Source of the DNA: an uncultured virus (IMG/VR IMGVR_UViG_3300033121_001607)
Lineage: Duplodnaviria; Heunggongvirae; Uroviricota; Caudoviricetes
Strand: one strand, 5' to 3'
DNA: 64,000 nt
Virus record (IMG/VR): IMGVR_UViG_3300033121_001607
Shown: positions 62,166 to 64,000 of the stretch, piece after piece
Layout of the letters: the number at the start of each line of letters is the position of its first letter
How positions within the stretch are numbered: the stretch's first letter is position 1
Notes under the pieces: model-generated
What the model saw: only the letters and a program-made list of their open reading frames with translations
Told to the model about the DNA's origin: nothing
The model's database searches: none
Position numbers and translations under genes: made by a program

Positions 62166-64000
62166 GTGCTAACAACAACATCGCCCGTAAACTTAGCCCT
62201 TACATCGTTTACTTTGCTGAAAAGGCCTCCGCTTACCTGCCAAACAATGTTACCGTCAGAATCAACCTTAATTATTCTGCCTGCGTTTCCAATAAACGAT
62301 GTTTCTGCGATAACAACATTAGTATTGTCGTCCAAAACAGCGTCTGAAGGATAAGCGTTATCAGAAGCAAAATACTCAAAACTAATAGACTTATCTCTTC
62401 TGCTCAAAACGATTGTCTTACCTCTATAGTTTGCCAACTTTCTTATGGCTTGTTGTTCATAAGTTTCAACGCCATCGCCGCCGTCAGGAGCCGGTAACGG
62501 ATCTGATTCTTTAACCAAACCACTCACAAGAATTTTTTCAGAGTCTATTTCATAGACTGATCCCAAAGTAAAATCTGAGAACGTAAGAACATTATAACTA
62601 AAAACAACCTCTTCATTATCGAAGTTTATTTCGACTAAGGAAGGAGACTCCTGAGGTGCGTCTACCCCATTACTGTCGTCGGCTGCAACAATGTTCAATA
62701 TAAGAGTATTGGTCGTTGTTGCTATTGTTTCGCCCGTATCCGTCTGTATATAAACAGCAGTAAAGACCAACTGCCATGTTCTTATTTGAGTATCATTAGG
62801 AGAGTTTAGGCTAACTGTTGCGACATTTCCTGGTAAAGGAGCTTCAAAGCTAACGATATCCTGTATTGCAGCAGGAACGTTTCTTTCCCAACGAAGCTCA
62901 AACCCGTCACCAGGAGGATCAACCTCAACCGTAAATGTTGTACTATCTCCAACCTTTAATGTAAGATTTGTAGTTGTACCAGTATCAAGTTCTTCCTCTT
63001 CTATCTTAGAATTACAAATCATCCAAGTTCCGCTGTTTGTTACATTTGCAAAGACAGGTCTCTTAACGTCATTCATATAAACAAAATCGCCTATAAAGAC
63101 CAAAAGGCCTCTATTCGTGATAAGTCGTCTTGCGCTATCAGGATAAACAAATGGAGTTGGCAAAAACCCAGAAAGAAGGTCTACATATACGTCAAAATTA
63201 GGATCTTGAAGCTGCTCTACCTTGTCGTTTGTAATGCTTATTTCAAGCAACTTAGGGCTCTTACCGGAGTCAAGAATCTTGTCTTGCTCGCCAAAAAGGA
63301 TACTTGCAGAACCTATCCAGAGCCTTATCTTTGTTATATCAACTTTGGTAGAATCAATATCTTGACTAAAAGCAATAGTTAAAACACCCTTTCTTTGGTT
63401 GTAAACGGCAGTAAGAGGATAGAACGAAGAGGAATCGCTAACATTGTGCCCTCCAACGCCTCTAACAAACTCACCGACAGGAGTTACTTCTATAACTCTG
63501 TCGTTTTTTGTGTCTGCAATAATGAAGTTTCTAGTCTCAAGCCTGTAAACGGAGAATGGATTATTAAATCCTGGTGAAAAATCTGGCGAAGCTATATCAA
63601 TCGCCTGCTGCGGAGATAACAACGTTCTGAACAAAAGACCCCTGAAACCATAAACAGCCGTTCCTTCAGGATCGTTTTCGTTAACGCCATTTTGATAAAT
63701 GTAGTATATGTCGCCTACTGAAATAGGTTCTTGCAAAACAATCTTTGAGTATAGAGGATTAAACTCGTCAACAGTCTGCTTCTGATTAACATAAGAACCC
63801 CTATCCCAATCCTGAGCAGTAGATATAGTAAAACCAGTTATATTAGAACTAACAACAAGTTGTAGTTCAAGACTTTGCAAAGTCGGCGTAAAAGTTCTAT
63901 CTGGATTAGAAACCAAAACGACTTCTATCTCTGCGTCAGTTCCATAAAGAGAAAATACATCTCCCGATCTTAGAACAGGAGTGTAGATCGCTCTATTGAG
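62162..64000 (-). CDS. C-terminal part of a large NHL-like propeller/Ig protein (start lies beyond the right edge)
   Basis: The frame stays open from the ORF-track TTG at 63916 to base 64000 (LNRAIYTPVLRSGDVFSLYGTDAEIEVV). Blades FNNPFSVYRL..NFIIADTKNDRVIEV and YPSDAV....NVVIAE...GRIIKVDSDGNIVWQ. Confidence 0.82.
   Translation of the reverse strand, partial: LNRAIYTPVLRSGDVFSLYGTDAEIEVVLVSNPDRTFTPTLQSLELQLVVSSNITGFTISTAQDWDRGSYVNQKQTVDEFNPLYSKIVLQEPISVGDIYYIYQNGVNENDPEGTAVYGFRGLLFRTLLSPQQAIDIASPDFSPGFNNPFSVYRLETRNFIIADTKNDRVIEVTPVGEFVRGVGGHNVSDSSSFYPLTAVYNQRKGVLTIAFSQDIDSTKVDITKIRLWIGSASILFGEQDKILDSGKSPKLLEISITNDKVEQLQDPNFDVYVDLLSGFLPTPFVYPDSARRLITNRGLLVFIGDFVYMNDVKRPVFANVTNSGTWMICNSKIEEEELDTGTTTNLTLKVGDSTTFTVEVDPPGDGFELRWERNVPAAIQDIVSFEAPLPGNVATVSLNSPNDTQIRTWQLVFTAVYIQTDTGETIATTTNTLILNIVAADDSNGVDAPQESPSLVEINFDNEEVVFSYNVLTFSDFTLGSVYEIDSEKILVSGLVKESDPLPAPDGGDGVETYEQQAIRKLANYRGKTIVLSRRDKSISFEYFASDNAYPSDAVLDDNTNVVIAETSFIGNAGRIIKVDSDGNIVWQVSGGLFSKVNDVRAKFTGDVVVST

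Noticed and set aside
84..63577. The many short plus-strand and nested minus-strand ORFs in the track (60-155 aa)
   Set aside because: They lie inside or antisense to long, motif-bearing minus-strand genes and show no recognisable motifs. They are treated as shadow ORFs.
1..64000. Stop-codon reassignment, as seen in some huge phages
   Set aside because: Coding density is near complete in the standard code with ORFs up to 3258 aa, and TAA, TAG and TGA all end genes at tight junctions.
1..64000. CRISPR array, tRNA, rRNA, IS element or diversity-generating retroelement
   Set aside because: No intergenic gap exceeds about 60 nt, and I saw no spaced direct repeats, transposase or reverse transcriptase. 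A nucleotide self-dotplot was not run, so diverged repeats cannot be excluded.

Overview
This AT-rich, densely packed window has about 36 genes, all on the minus strand, many joined by ATGA-type overlaps and read in the standard code. It looks like a segment of a huge (jumbo) bacteriophage genome, although no capsid, terminase or portal gene lies in the window, so that assignment is inferred. The left part (1-18.3 kb) is a replication and host-takeover block: DNA polymerase III alpha (dnaE, cut by the left edge and missing from the ORF track), DnaB helicase, a DnaC/IstB-like loader, a CHC2 zinc-finger-only primase fragment, a UvsW-like SF2 helicase, three orphan DNA methyltransferases, translation initiation factor IF3, a free-standing intein-like protein, an HTH-metallophosphoesterase and three glycosyltransferases. 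The right part (18.3-64 kb) is a cluster of large signal-peptide-less multidomain proteins of up to 3258 aa, with vWA, LamG, FN3/Ig, Kelch and other propeller, DUF642-like and GH56-like domains, probably virion or baseplate/fibre proteins, plus a fourth glycosyltransferase. The most notable observations are: (1) a full-length, extein-less intein/LAGLIDADG protein with its catalytic positions substituted, sitting in the replication block; (2) sigma28-like promoter motifs placed to give leaderless mRNAs for dnaE and the helicase loader, near an IF3 that diverges at fidelity residues; (3) nested domain insertion in the giant proteins, including a vWA domain split by about 2,080 aa; (4) a hyaluronidase (GH56)-like domain. 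Domain calls come from reading motifs by eye; no searches were run. No tRNA, rRNA, CRISPR array or IS element was seen.
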